The notes below the pieces were generated by a model, which saw nothing but the letters and a program-made list of their open reading frames with translations, ran no database searches and had not been told where the DNA came from. A stretch of 64,000 nt of DNA from Gemmatimonadota bacterium (GTDB lineage: Bacteria; Gemmatimonadota; Gemmatimonadetes; Gemmatimonadales; Gemmatimonadaceae). Below, one piece after another: positions 20,897 to 31,388 of the stretch. Numbering within the stretch: the first letter of the stretch is position 1; each line of letters starts with the position of its first letter. Made by a program: the position numbers and the translations under genes. The DNA lies in the NCBI GenBank assembly GCA_040389905.1, contig JAZJZK010000004.1, positions 1 to 64,000 of the forward strand, written 5' to 3'.

Positions 20897-20943
20897 TCAA
20901 AGAAAAGGTTGAATGCCGGCAACTCTTTGAGTGGGCGCGCCCA

Positions 20944-21768
20944 ATGAGCTCTACTCGTTTCCACCGCGATAGACTGTTCCTCATCGCCGGCCCATGTGTC
21001 CTCGAGGACGATGCGTTAAACCTGCGCGTCGGTGAGCACCTCGCGCGTCTCGCGGAACTTGTGCCAGGCGGCATCATCTTCAAGGCGAGCTTCGACAAGG
21101 CCAACCGGTCGAACGCAGGCGCCTTTCGCGGACCAGGTCTAGACGAAGGACTTGCCGCCCTTGATCGCGTTCGGCAGGCAACGGGGCTTCCTGTTCTTAC
21201 GGATGTCCACCTGCCGGAGCAGTGCAAAGCCGCGGGGCAGGTCGCCGACGTCCTCCAGATTCCTGCGTTCCTCTGCCGACAGACCGATCTGCTCCTCGCA
21301 GCCGGAGCCACAGGCAAGCCAATCAACGTCAAGAAAGGACAATGGATGCACCCCGAGGGTATGCGTGGTGCACTCGCCAAGGTTCGCGATGGGTTCTCGC
21401 AGCACCATGCCGGCGATGCCGAAGTGGCGGCCACTGAACGCGGGAGCTTCTTCGGGTATGGGGATCTCGTCGTTGATTTCCGCGCGCTGCCTCGCATGCG
21501 CGCAGCGTGCGACGCCCCCGTCATCTTCGACGCAACGCATAGCGTGCAGCAACCGGGACGCGGAGAAGGAGGAGCGAGTGGCGGTGCGCGCGAGTTCATT
21601 CCGCCGCTCACCATGGCTGCGTGCGCGATCGGCGTGGATGGACTTTTCATGGAGACACACCCCGATCCCGCGAACGCGCCGAGTGACGGGCCCAACATGA
21701 TTCCGCTCGACCAGCTCGACGATCTGATTCGGCGAGCGGTCGACGTATGGGCGTACGCGCGCACGTGA
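20944..21768 (+). CDS. kdsA: KDO8P synthase
   Basis: [47 protein letters not shown]. Confidence 0.95.
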   Translation: MSSTRFHRDRLFLIAGPCVLEDDALNLRVGEHLARLAELVPGGIIFKASFDKANRSNAGAFRGPGLDEGLAALDRVRQATGLPVLTDVHLPEQCKAAGQVADVLQIPAFLCRQTDLLLAAGATGKPINVKKGQWMHPEGMRGALAKVRDGFSQHHAGDAEVAATERGSFFGYGDLVVDFRALPRMRAACDAPVIFDATHSVQQPGRGEGGASGGAREFIPPLTMAACAIGVDGLFMETHPDPANAPSDGPNMIPLDQLDDLIRRAVDVWAYART

Positions 21769-22331
21769 TCGACCCCGTACTGGCGCGCGCCATTCGTCTC
21801 GTCGTGCTGGACGTCGACGGCGTTCTCACGGATGGCGGTGTCTATCTCGGCGCCGTCTCCGGTCAGCCCATGGAATTCAAGCGATACGATATCCAGGACG
21901 GGCTCGGCGTGCTCTTCATGCAGATGGCCGGCCTCCGCGTCGCGATCATCACCGGGCGCGTTTCGGACAGCGTCCGCCTTCGCGCCGCAGAATTGAACGT
22001 CGAAGACCTCGCGCAGGATCCCAATGCGCAGAAACTGCCGGCCTTCCTCCAGATACTCGAGCGACACGGCGTCGCGCCGTCTGAAGCGGCATTTATCGGC
22101 GACGATTTTCCAGACGTGGCGGTGTTGCGGCTCGTTGGGTTGCCGGTTGCCGTCGGAAATGCAGTGCCCGAAGTGAAGCGCATCTGCGCCACGCAGCTCA
22201 CGCGCACCGGTGGGCGCGGTGCCGTGCGGGAGTTTTCCGAGTTGCTCCTGAGCGCGCGCGGTGAATGGGAAACGGTCACTGACCGCTATGTCGCCGAGCG
22301 CTCACAGACTCCTAAGGAGCGCGGGTCATGA
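21765..22331 (+). CDS. kdsC: KDO8P phosphatase (HAD)
   Basis: [28 protein letters not shown]. Confidence 0.9.
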   Translation: MIDPVLARAIRLVVLDVDGVLTDGGVYLGAVSGQPMEFKRYDIQDGLGVLFMQMAGLRVAIITGRVSDSVRLRAAELNVEDLAQDPNAQKLPAFLQILERHGVAPSEAAFIGDDFPDVAVLRLVGLPVAVGNAVPEVKRICATQLTRTGGRGAVREFSELLLSARGEWETVTDRYVAERSQTPKERGS

Positions 22332-23293
22332 ACGCCGCCGAGATCATCGACCGGGGCCGGCGCGTCTTGCGTCTCGAGCGTGAGGCGCTGACGGCTGTCG
22401 AAGATCGGTTGAACGAGTCCTTTGCGATCGCCGTCACGATGATCGCCGAGTCGCGGGGCAGAGTCATTGTCACCGGTGTGGGGAAATCGGGGCTGATCGG
22501 CCGGAAGATCGCGGCGACGCTGACGTCCACGGGAACGCCCGCCATCTTCCTGCATCCCCTCGACAGCGTGCACGGCGATCTCGGCATCGTCGGCAAGGAC
22601 GATGTGGGGATTCTCCTCTCCAAGTCTGGGGAATCGGACGAGCTTCTGGGGTTGCTCGAACATCTACAAGGTCTCGGTGTACGGACGGTCGCCATTACCG
22701 GCGAGAAGGAGTCGGCACTGGCGCGTTTGTCCACCGTGTCACTCGACGCGTGGGTCCGTGAAGAGGCGTGCCCGCACGATCTTGCTCCAACGACCAGCAC
22801 GACGGCAGCGCTCGCGCTCGGTGACGCGCTCGCCGTTGCGTTGCTCGAGTACAAGGGATTTCGCCGCGAAGATTTCGCGCGGCTGCATCCTGCCGGGGCG
22901 TTGGGGCGTCGACTCGTCACGCGCGTTGAAGAAGTGATGGTGAGCGAGCCACTTCCCCTGCTGGCGCTGGGGAGCACGATTCGCCAGGCAGTGGTGTTGC
23001 TCGCGTCGCAGCGCGGCATTGTGCTGGTCGCGGACACGGAGCGGCACCTGCTCGGCGTACTCACAGCTGGAGACCTGACGAGATTGATGGAACGCGAAGC
23101 TGACGTCCTACCGGAACCTGTCGAACGGATCATGACGCGCACGCCGAAGGTTGCGCACGTCGGCGAGCTGGCGAGTGCCATCGCGTTCCGCATGGAAACG
23201 CATGGCATCATGGCGATGCCCGTCCTTGGGCATGACGAGGGAATTGCCGGCGTCGTGCACTTGCACGACCTGCTGCGGGCGCGCGTCGCATGA
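22328..23293 (+). CDS. kdsD: arabinose-5-phosphate isomerase (KpsF/GutQ, SIS + CBS)
   Basis: GVGKSGLIG, STGTP, HGDLG, APTTST, HPAGALG, CBS pair. Confidence 0.92.
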   Translation: MNAAEIIDRGRRVLRLEREALTAVEDRLNESFAIAVTMIAESRGRVIVTGVGKSGLIGRKIAATLTSTGTPAIFLHPLDSVHGDLGIVGKDDVGILLSKSGESDELLGLLEHLQGLGVRTVAITGEKESALARLSTVSLDAWVREEACPHDLAPTTSTTAALALGDALAVALLEYKGFRREDFARLHPAGALGRRLVTRVEEVMVSEPLPLLALGSTIRQAVVLLASQRGIVLVADTERHLLGVLTAGDLTRLMEREADVLPEPVERIMTRTPKVAHVGELASAIAFRMETHGIMAMPVLGHDEGIAGVVHLHDLLRARVA

Positions 23294-23832
23294 GGCGGCG
23301 ACTCGCAGTCGCCGTTGCGCTGATCGCCGCGATCGGCTGCACGAAGAAGGGTGATGCGCCTCCTGTCGCGCAGGCGACCATGGCCGACAGTGCGGAGCAG
23401 GTGCTCTTCAATGTGCGCACGTTGCTCACGAACGGCGGCGTCCAGCGCGGGGAGCTCTTCGCCGACACGATGTACGTCTTCGATGGCAATTCCCGCTTCG
23501 AGCTCCGCAGGGTGCGCGCATCCTTCAATACCGCCACTGGCGTGAGGGACGGTGTGCTAAGCGCGGACCGGGGAACCTACAACTTGGCGCAACAGACGCT
23601 CGAAGGCTTCGGTAACGTCGTGATCGTCACGAATGACGGCAAGCGGTTGACGTCGCCGCAGCTCAAGTACATGCAGGGCCTGAATGAAGTCTCGAGCGAT
23701 ACGAACTTCACCTTCGTGCGCCCCGGCAACACGATGTCTGGTGTCGGGTTCCGGTCCGATCCACAGTTGACGCACTTCTCGATCAAGAAGGGAATGAAGG
23801 CAAGCGGGTCTTTCTCGTTGCCGGGCCAATGA
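23290..23832 (+). CDS. lptC: LPS export periplasmic protein LptC-like (lipobox AAIGC)
   Basis: position between kdsD and lptA/lptB; beta-jellyroll-like GNVVIVT..GKRL pattern. Confidence 0.7.
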   Translation: MRRRLAVAVALIAAIGCTKKGDAPPVAQATMADSAEQVLFNVRTLLTNGGVQRGELFADTMYVFDGNSRFELRRVRASFNTATGVRDGVLSADRGTYNLAQQTLEGFGNVVIVTNDGKRLTSPQLKYMQGLNEVSSDTNFTFVRPGNTMSGVGFRSDPQLTHFSIKKGMKASGSFSLPGQ

Positions 23833-25268
23833 ACATGCGCGCTCTTGCAATCCTCGCCACGGTTTGTGTAACCAGCTCCGCGTTTGCTCAGGGCGCCGCA
23901 GCGCCAAAGGGACGGTGCAAGTTCATCTTCGAGAACACGCCGACGACGACGCTGCAAACCTTTCAACTGCCGAGCAAGCAGTACAACTCGTTTATTGGAC
24001 AGGGCGTTATCGCACGCTGCCCGTCGCAAGGCCTAGTGCTCAAGTCCGACAGCCTCGAAGTCTATGGCGACGACGGCCGCTACTTCTTTATCGGTCATGT
24101 CGACTATAAGGATGCAAAACGCATCACGTTGAAGTCCGACTTTCTCACGTATTTCCAGCGTGAAGAGCGACTGCTCGCAATCGGCCAGGCCGTCGAAGCA
24201 ACCATGCCGACGGGCTCCACCATGAAGGGCACGTCGCTCGAATACTTCCGCGTCATTCCCAAGGTCCGTCTGCAACCGAAAGTAATCGCCATCACCCGGC
24301 CGACGATCACGCTCGTCGAGAAGGACGCCCAAGGGAAAGCGCAACCGCCCGTCACAGTCACCGCCAACACCGTCGTCATGGAAGGCGACAGCCTCGTGTC
24401 GGCCGTCGGTAACGTCATCGTTGTTCGGCCGGAACTCACCGCAACGGGCGACTCACTCTATCTCGACAGCGGCAAGGGCATGCTCCGTATCATGCGAAAC
24501 CCGAAGATCGTTGGAACCAAGGGGCGTCCGTTCACGCTCGTCGGCGAAACGATCGACCTGCTCTCGCGACAGAAGAAGCTCGAGCGCGTCCTCGCGAAGT
24601 CGAAGGCCGAGGCCGAGAGCGAGGACCTCAAGCTCAAGTCCGACACGATCGACATGCGCGTCACGAATGATTTGCTCCAGCGCGCCATCGCCTGGGGAAA
24701 GAACCGAGCGACCGCGACATCGCAATCGCAAACGGTCGTCAGCGACTCGATCGACGTCGTCATGCCGGGGCAACGCATGAAGGAAATGCACGCCATCCGA
24801 AAGGCGTCCGCCGAGGGCATGCCGGATACCACGAAGTTCAAGACGAAGGAGCGCGACCGGTTGCTGGGCGACACAATTCACGCCGTCTTCGAGACGCTCG
24901 CTGCGGGCGACTCGGCAAAGCCACGCATCAAGTCGCTTCTCGCCATCGGCGACGCATCGTCCCTCCAACATCTCGCGCCGCGCGATACTGCGTGCCACCT
25001 CCCTGCGATCAACTACGTGAAGGGTCGAACGATCGAAGTGGCCTTCGAAGCCGCGGTCATCAGCAAAGTCGTGATCAAGGACACCGCTGCTGCGACTGGC
25101 ACCATGATTCAGCCCGATTCCACCTGCAACGGCACGCTCGGTAAGGACGCCAAGGCGGCACCGCCACCCGCTCCAGCAGGCACGACGCCACCGCGGAGTC
25201 CGGCGGCCACGAGCACGCCTCCGGTGGCGAAACCCGAGGATACCATCGTCCACGCGAGGCCGTCGTGA
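23829..25268 (+). CDS. large LptA/OstA-like periplasmic protein
   Basis: signal peptide, repeated beta-strand motifs (L.SDSL, GNVIV, GDSLY), canonical lptA position. Confidence 0.6.
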   Translation: MNMRALAILATVCVTSSAFAQGAAAPKGRCKFIFENTPTTTLQTFQLPSKQYNSFIGQGVIARCPSQGLVLKSDSLEVYGDDGRYFFIGHVDYKDAKRITLKSDFLTYFQREERLLAIGQAVEATMPTGSTMKGTSLEYFRVIPKVRLQPKVIAITRPTITLVEKDAQGKAQPPVTVTANTVVMEGDSLVSAVGNVIVVRPELTATGDSLYLDSGKGMLRIMRNPKIVGTKGRPFTLVGETIDLLSRQKKLERVLAKSKAEAESEDLKLKSDTIDMRVTNDLLQRAIAWGKNRATATSQSQTVVSDSIDVVMPGQRMKEMHAIRKASAEGMPDTTKFKTKERDRLLGDTIHAVFETLAAGDSAKPRIKSLLAIGDASSLQHLAPRDTACHLPAINYVKGRTIEVAFEAAVISKVVIKDTAAATGTMIQPDSTCNGTLGKDAKAAPPPAPAGTTPPRSPAATSTPPVAKPEDTIVHARPS

Positions 25269-26803
25269 CGGGTCCGATCATCCCGGCGGGCCTCCAGACG
25301 CTCGTCGATCAGGCAAGTCGCGGCGACCGCTCCACAGCGCTTGCGATCCACGCCCTGATCAGTGCCACCGACGAAACAGGTCATGCGCGTTTCGATGACG
25401 TCGCGTTCGCCTACCGGCGCGATCATCTCGACGCGCAGCGCGCCGCGGGGCGCGATGCCGAGCGCGAAGCGGGCGAGTTGAGCATGGACCAGGTCCGCGC
25501 GCACCTGATGTCCTCCGTCATGCCGCGTCTCGTCTCCGAAGGTGTGGTCGAACTACCAGACGCGCCCCTCGAGCCCGATTCGCGGATTCGCATTTCGCCG
25601 GCGCTGTGGGCCGAAGTCAGTGGCGCACGCGCCGACGTCGCCGACGCCATTCGGAACACAGGAGAATTGGGCCCCGTCCGGGAGGTGCGTCCAGTCGTGG
25701 CGCCGCCGATCACCGGGGAAGGGAGCTTCCTCGAAGCGCAGGGGCTCTCCAAGATGTACCGGCGGCGAAAGGTCGTGAATGACGTGGCCCTTCGCTTGCA
25801 ACAGGGAGAGATCGTCGGACTGCTGGGTCCGAATGGAGCGGGCAAGACGACCACCTTCTATATGATCGTGGGACTCATTCAACCGCTCCACGGTCGCATC
25901 CTGCTGGACGGCGCGGACATTACGTCCATGCCCATGTATCAGCGGTCGAGGAAGGGGATCGGGTACCTCTCCCAGGAACCGTCCATCTTCCGGAAGTTGT
26001 CCGTGGAGGACAACATCGTTGCGATCCTGGAGACGTTGCCGCTGTCCAAGGAGCAGCGGTCAGCCAGGTTGGAGAAGTTGCTGGACGAATTGAGCATCAA
26101 GCATCTGCGGCATAGCAAGGCGTATCAGCTGTCCGGTGGCGAGCGGCGTCGATTGGAAATCACGCGCGCGCTCGTGACGGAGCCGAAGTTCATGATGCTC
26201 GACGAGCCGTTTGCGGGAGTCGATCCCATCGCAGTGCATGACATTCAAACCATCGTCGCCAACCTGCGGACGCGCGGAATTGGCGTCCTGATCAGCGATC
26301 ACAACGTGGAGCAAACCCTGGACATCGTCGACCGCGCCTACATCATGTTCGATGGCAAGGTCATCGTATCGGGAACGGTACGGGAACTCGTGTTCGACGA
26401 AACCGTGGCAGAGAGCTACCTCGGACCGACCTTGACGGCGCGTCTCCGCGCCCGGTTCACGGCCGAGATGGAGCAGGGGCACGTGGCCCCGGAGACGGCT
26501 GCGGAAGTCCGAGTTGCGACGGACCCGCTGATGCAAGAACCAGTGCTGGAGGAGCCAGTGCCGCAGGAGCAAGTGCTCCACGAGCCAGCGGTGCAAGAGA
26601 TAGTAGCCCCGAAGGTCGTAGCGTCGGAGGTTGAAGTGCCGGACGCAGTGGCGCCCGAGGTTGAAATGCCGGATGCAGTAGCGCCAGAGATTGAAGTGCC
26701 GGTGGCAGTAACGCCAGAGGCAGCCCCCGAGGCCGTTGCGCCGGAGTCAGTAGCGCCGGAGACATTTGCGGCGCCAGAACACCCAGAGGGGAGCGGCCAA
26801 TGA
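25265..26803 (+). CDS. lptB: LPS export ABC ATPase with N- and C-terminal extensions
   Basis: GLLGPNGAGKTT, GYLSQEPSIFRKL, LSGGERRR, LDEPFAGVDP, SDHNV; adjacent to rpoN. Confidence 0.9.
   Translation: MTGPIIPAGLQTLVDQASRGDRSTALAIHALISATDETGHARFDDVAFAYRRDHLDAQRAAGRDAEREAGELSMDQVRAHLMSSVMPRLVSEGVVELPDAPLEPDSRIRISPALWAEVSGARADVADAIRNTGELGPVREVRPVVAPPITGEGSFLEAQGLSKMYRRRKVVNDVALRLQQGEIVGLLGPNGAGKTTTFYMIVGLIQPLHGRILLDGADITSMPMYQRSRKGIGYLSQEPSIFRKLSVEDNIVAILETLPLSKEQRSARLEKLLDELSIKHLRHSKAYQLSGGERRRLEITRALVTEPKFMMLDEPFAGVDPIAVHDIQTIVANLRTRGIGVLISDHNVEQTLDIVDRAYIMFDGKVIVSGTVRELVFDETVAESYLGPTLTARLRARFTAEMEQGHVAPETAAEVRVATDPLMQEPVLEEPVPQEQVLHEPAVQEIVAPKVVASEVEVPDAVAPEVEMPDAVAPEIEVPVAVTPEAAPEAVAPESVAPETFAAPEHPEGSGQ
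26618..26719 (+). repeat. in-frame 30-bp tandem repeat (VAPEVEVPDA-like) in the lptB tail
   Basis: units start at 26618, 26648, 26678 and 26708 (the last is partial). Confidence 0.75.
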
Positions 26804-28272
26804 GACCAGGTCTCGGGCAGCATACGCAGCTCAAGCAGGAGCTCAAGATCAATCCACGCCTGTATCAGGCGATGGATCTCCTGTACATGCCGTTGCTCGA
26901 CTTGCAGAATCACCTGAAGCAGGAGCTGCTCAACAATCCGTTCCTCGACATGGTCGAGCCGGAAGACGAGGACGAGGACGACGAGGGGCTCGAGCCCCTC
27001 GAAGAGCAGACTGCGGAGAAAACCGCCGAGGAGGACGAGAAGGGCGAGATCGATTGGGAAGAGATTCTGCTCGACGGCTTCGATGCGGGCGGGCGGCGCG
27101 AGGAGCACGAGGAGCGGGAGTACTACGAACCCGTCACCGTCGATACGCGCGACCTCGCGGACCACCTGCGCGATCAGGTGTCGCTCCTGGACCTCGACGG
27201 CCGGCAGATGTTCCTTGCCGACGAATTCATCGGCAACATCAACGAGGACGGCTATCTCGCGTGCGGCCTCGAAAAGATCGTCGAGGGCGTGAACGAGACC
27301 GTCGAGAAGGCCGTGGACGAGACGGATCGCGACCTGGGAGACCTTCCGCTCTACACCGTCGCCGAAGCCGAGGACATGCTCTCGGTCATTCAGAGCCTCG
27401 ATCCACCGGGGGTAGGTGCGCGCGACCTTCGCGAATGTCTCATGCTGCAGCTTCGCGAAGCAGGGCTGGAACACTCGGTGCCGTTTCGCCTCGTACGCGA
27501 TTGCTTCGATGAGTTGATCGCCCACCGTTGGAGCGAAATCTCGAAGCGCTTCGGCATCAGCCCGAACGATGTGCAGAAGGCCGCGGACGAGATTGCGAAG
27601 CTCGATCCCAAGCCGGGGCTCGTCTACAGTGACGCCAGCGACAATTACATCATTCCCGACCTGATCGTCGACAAGATCGACGGCAAGTACCACGTCTTCC
27701 TGAACGACGCCAACCTGCCGCGGCTCAAGCTGAGCAAGGCCTACCAGGAGATCGCGCGCGACAAGAAGAAGTTCGACGGCGAGAACAAGGAGTTCATCTC
27801 CAACAAGCTGAACTCCGCCAACTGGATGATCCAGGCCATCGAGCAGCGTCGGCAAACGATGCTCAAGGTGATGAACTACATCGTCGAGCGGCAGCGCGAG
27901 TTCTTCGAGAAGGGCGTACAGTTCCTCAAGCCGCTGACGTTACGTGAAGTCGCGGAGGTCATCAGCATGCACGAGAGCACCGTGAGTCGTGTGACGAACG
28001 AGAAGTTCGTCCAGACGCCGCGCGGTGTGCTGCCACTCAAGTTCTTCTTTTCATCCGGCCTTTCGACGACCGCTGGCGAGGACGTTTCGGCGCGCGGCAT
28101 CAAGGCACAGATCGAGAAGCTCGTGTCCGACGAGAACCCAAAGCATCCGCTCACCGACCAGGCGATCGTCAATATCCTCAAGGAAACCGGCGTCCAGATC
28201 GCGCGCCGCACCGTGGCGAAGTATCGTGATCAGCTGGGCGTGCTGTCTGCACGGATGCGCAAGCGGGTATGA
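26800..28272 (+). CDS. rpoN: RNA polymerase sigma-54 factor
   Basis: Gln/Leu-rich region I, HESTVSR, RpoN box ARRTVAKYR. Confidence 0.98.
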   Translation: MRPGLGQHTQLKQELKINPRLYQAMDLLYMPLLDLQNHLKQELLNNPFLDMVEPEDEDEDDEGLEPLEEQTAEKTAEEDEKGEIDWEEILLDGFDAGGRREEHEEREYYEPVTVDTRDLADHLRDQVSLLDLDGRQMFLADEFIGNINEDGYLACGLEKIVEGVNETVEKAVDETDRDLGDLPLYTVAEAEDMLSVIQSLDPPGVGARDLRECLMLQLREAGLEHSVPFRLVRDCFDELIAHRWSEISKRFGISPNDVQKAADEIAKLDPKPGLVYSDASDNYIIPDLIVDKIDGKYHVFLNDANLPRLKLSKAYQEIARDKKKFDGENKEFISNKLNSANWMIQAIEQRRQTMLKVMNYIVERQREFFEKGVQFLKPLTLREVAEVISMHESTVSRVTNEKFVQTPRGVLPLKFFFSSGLSTTAGEDVSARGIKAQIEKLVSDENPKHPLTDQAIVNILKETGVQIARRTVAKYRDQLGVLSARMRKRV

Positions 28273-29267
28273 TGTCGGAGCAAGTCCCGCGGTACGCGCC
28301 ACCACACGTTGGTGCGCCGGTACAGCAAGCCGACGTGTCCGTACTCGTACCCGCCAAGGATGAAGCGGAGAATCTTCCGCTCTTCATGCAGCTTGCCGCT
28401 GAAACGTTCGCGGCGCACCCGGAAACACGCTACGAAGTTGTCGTCATCGACGATGGTTCCGCAGATGACAGCTGGCGCGTGCTCAAGGGGCTTGAGAGCG
28501 AATACTCGTTCCTCACCGCGGTTCGCCACCGCTCCAGGCGCGGCATCGCCGACGCGCTGCGCACGGGTTACCTGAATTCCAGCGGACGGATCCTCGTCTT
28601 CTATCCTGCCGATCTCCAATTCAAGCCGGAAGATATTCCACGCCTGGTCGAACCGATTCTCGCGAATCGCGCGGACATGGTGACGGGATTCAAGGAAGGG
28701 AAATACGAGAAGGCGTTCGTCTCGAAGATCTACAACGGGTTGAGCCGCGTGCTGTTCGATATTCCGGTCAAGGACCTCAATTCGGTGAAGGCGTACCGGC
28801 GCGAGATCATGGACGGACTTCCCGTTCGTCCTGACTGGCACCGCTTCATGATCGTCATCGCGGCGGAGCAGGGCTTCACCGTTTCCGAGATTCCCGTTCC
28901 ACTGTATCCGCGGAACGCCGGCCGTTCGAAGTTCGGGCTCTCGCGTATTCCCGTTGGCGTCCTGGACATGCTGTCGGTGTGGTTCGAGCTGAAGTTCGGC
29001 AAGAAGCCACTGCTCCTATTCGGAATGCTCGGCGCTGGGCTTTTTCTCGTCGGGGTTCTCGCCGGCGTCTTCGCGCTCGGAGTGCTCGTGCTTACCCACG
29101 TCGGACAACGCTGGGCGTGGACCGTCATCACGACCTGCCTCATTCTCGGCAGCATTCTCTTCGCCACCGGGTTGCTCGGCGAACAGATCGCGGGGTTACG
29201 CGCAGAGTTGCGGGAGATGCGACGCCAGCTCGACGAGGCGCGCGCTGAACGCGTGCGAGAGAAGTAG
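28269..29267 (+). CDS. glycosyltransferase family 2 (ArnC/DPM-like, two C-terminal TMs)
   Basis: VLVPAKDE, IDDGSAD, SKFG, C-terminal hydrophobic helices. Confidence 0.85.
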   Translation: MMSEQVPRYAPPHVGAPVQQADVSVLVPAKDEAENLPLFMQLAAETFAAHPETRYEVVVIDDGSADDSWRVLKGLESEYSFLTAVRHRSRRGIADALRTGYLNSSGRILVFYPADLQFKPEDIPRLVEPILANRADMVTGFKEGKYEKAFVSKIYNGLSRVLFDIPVKDLNSVKAYRREIMDGLPVRPDWHRFMIVIAAEQGFTVSEIPVPLYPRNAGRSKFGLSRIPVGVLDMLSVWFELKFGKKPLLLFGMLGAGLFLVGVLAGVFALGVLVLTHVGQRWAWTVITTCLILGSILFATGLLGEQIAGLRAELREMRRQLDEARAERVREK

Positions 29268-29270
29268 CGG

Positions 29271-30437
29271 ATGAAAGTACTGTTTTTCACGCACTCGTAT
29301 CCGCGCAACGACGGTGATGCGGCGGGCTCCTTCGTGCTGCGGCTTGCCGTGGCGCTCGCGAAGGAGGGGGTTGGCGTGCGCGTCGTGGCGCCCGGCGCCG
29401 ATGGACTCGCGTCGCACGAGGACCTCGGCGGCATTCCGGTCGACCGTTTTCGGTACGCACCGCGTCGCTACGAGACGCTCGCCTATGGCGGGAACATGGC
29501 GGCGCAGGTGCGCGACTCATGGTCCGCCCGTTTTACCCTCGTTGGCTTTCTCGGTGCGGAGTTTCAGTGCGGCGTCAAAGCGCGCCGAGCACAGCAGCCA
29601 GATCTCGTGCATGCACACTGGTGGTTCCCCAATGGCGTCGCTGCGCGGTGGGTCGCCAAACTTGGCGGCATTCCACTCGTGACGACGATGCACGGCACGG
29701 ACGTCCGCATGGCGCGCAACATCTCCATGTCGCGTCCCGCGTTCCGGAGTGTGCTTCAGCACTCGGCCGCGGTCACGACCGTTTCGCGCTGGCTCGCCGA
29801 CGAAGCACAATCGATCGTGAGCACCAAACGTCCGATCGTGGCACCGATGCCCGTGGCCACCGAGCTGTTCGACGTCAGCAACACCCAGCGTTCGACTCGG
29901 CTGCTGTTCATCGGGCGTTTGATGGCGCAGAAGGGGCTCGACCTGCTGCTCGATGCGCTCGCGCAACTGCCCGCGGAGATCGAGTTGGACGTGGTGGGCG
30001 ATGGTCCCGAACGCGCGGCGCTCCAGGCTCGGGCAGCGTCACTCGGCGTGTCTGCGAGAGTGGCGTGGCACGCTCCGGTGAAGCAGTTCGAATTGCCCCG
30101 GTTCTATCAGAGCGCATTGGCCTTGGTCGTTCCATCGGCACTCGAGGGGCTGGGACTCGTTGGCGTCGAGGCCCAGTTGTGCGAAACGCCAGTCATCGCC
30201 TTCGACTCTGGCGGCCTGGCGGACGTTGTGCAGCACGATCGCACCGGCCTGCTCGTCCATTCGCGCGACGCTGCATCGCTCGCGACGGCGATCGCGGCTC
30301 TCTATTCGAGAGCCGACCGCGGCGCGAGCCTCGGCCAGGCCGGGCGACTGCACGCACTCGCGACCTTTGCTCCGGAGTCCGTGGCCAAGCGGTACATCAG
30401 CATCTACGAATCGGCGCTTGGACGCGGTACGTCGTAA
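29271..30437 (+). CDS. glycosyltransferase family 4
   Basis: VHAHWW.P, HGTD, GRL..QKG, EGLGLV..EA. Confidence 0.88.
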   Translation: MKVLFFTHSYPRNDGDAAGSFVLRLAVALAKEGVGVRVVAPGADGLASHEDLGGIPVDRFRYAPRRYETLAYGGNMAAQVRDSWSARFTLVGFLGAEFQCGVKARRAQQPDLVHAHWWFPNGVAARWVAKLGGIPLVTTMHGTDVRMARNISMSRPAFRSVLQHSAAVTTVSRWLADEAQSIVSTKRPIVAPMPVATELFDVSNTQRSTRLLFIGRLMAQKGLDLLLDALAQLPAEIELDVVGDGPERAALQARAASLGVSARVAWHAPVKQFELPRFYQSALALVVPSALEGLGLVGVEAQLCETPVIAFDSGGLADVVQHDRTGLLVHSRDAASLATAIAALYSRADRGASLGQAGRLHALATFAPESVAKRYISIYESALGRGTS

Positions 30438-31368
30438 GCATCTACTGCGGATTGCGGGTTGGGTCGCGGCGACCGTCGTCGTTATTTACGTCGCGAGAAG
30501 TCTCGCCGAAGGTTTGCGCCAGCTCGCCACGCAACCGATGCCGTCGCGGCCCGGATGGGGCAACATCGCCGCATCCGGTGTCCTGTTCCTGTGCGCGCAC
30601 GCCGTGCTCGTTCAGACCTGGCGAAGCGTTCTTTCCTGTTGGGACCAGCGGCTCCCGTTCTGGGGCGCCGCGCGGATCTGGAGCGTATCGAACCTCGGCA
30701 AGTATGTGCCGGGGAAGGTGTGGCAGATCGGCGCCATGAGCGCCATGTCGCGCGGCCTCGGCGTCTCACCCATTGCGGCCTCGGCGGCCGCAATCCTTGG
30801 CGCTATCGTCAACGTCATCGCCGGGTTTGTGATTTCTCTGGCGTGCGGGCGAGTTCTATTGGAGAAGACGCATCCCGGTTGGAGTTCGGCTGCGACGCTG
30901 ATCGTGAGCGTGTCACTCACGGGCCTTCTGCTCGCGCCGGTTCTCGTCCCACGCCTGGCCCCAGTGCTGGCGCGGCTCGTGGGGCGCAGGCTCGACACAA
31001 CCCTTCCGGTGCGTGCCGTTGTCTATTCTCTCATTGGAAACGTGATTGCGTGGCTGATCTACGGTGCAGCATTTCAGCTGTTGATGATCGGGCTGCTCGG
31101 CAGCGCCACCGGTGATTACGCGGCATACCTCGCGGCGTATACGATCTCCTATCTCGGTGGTTATCTTGCGTTCTTCGCGCCCGCGGGTGTTGGGGTACGC
31201 GAGTATTTGATGGGCAGGGTGATCGAGGCGGCGATGCTCGGCACGGCGCCTCAGGCAGCGTTGATTATGATCGTTTCACGCGTCTGGCTGACGCTTCTCG
31301 AGGTCACGCCAGCGTTTATCTTCTGGACGCACCATCGCTTACAGCCGAGCCCGACGACCATCGACTAA
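30418..31368 (+). CDS. lysylphosphatidylglycerol synthase TM / flippase-like membrane protein (start approximate)
   Basis: LGKYVPGKVW and PAGVGVRE motifs, multiple TMs. Confidence 0.75.
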   Translation: MDAVRRKHLLRIAGWVAATVVVIYVARSLAEGLRQLATQPMPSRPGWGNIAASGVLFLCAHAVLVQTWRSVLSCWDQRLPFWGAARIWSVSNLGKYVPGKVWQIGAMSAMSRGLGVSPIAASAAAILGAIVNVIAGFVISLACGRVLLEKTHPGWSSAATLIVSVSLTGLLLAPVLVPRLAPVLARLVGRRLDTTLPVRAVVYSLIGNVIAWLIYGAAFQLLMIGLLGSATGDYAAYLAAYTISYLGGYLAFFAPAGVGVREYLMGRVIEAAMLGTAPQAALIMIVSRVWLTLLEVTPAFIFWTHHRLQPSPTTID

Positions 31369-31388
31369 ATGCTGGATGCACCGAATTG

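Noticed and set aside
26416..27855. 479-aa minus-strand ORF
   Set aside because: Antisense shadow of lptB and rpoN.
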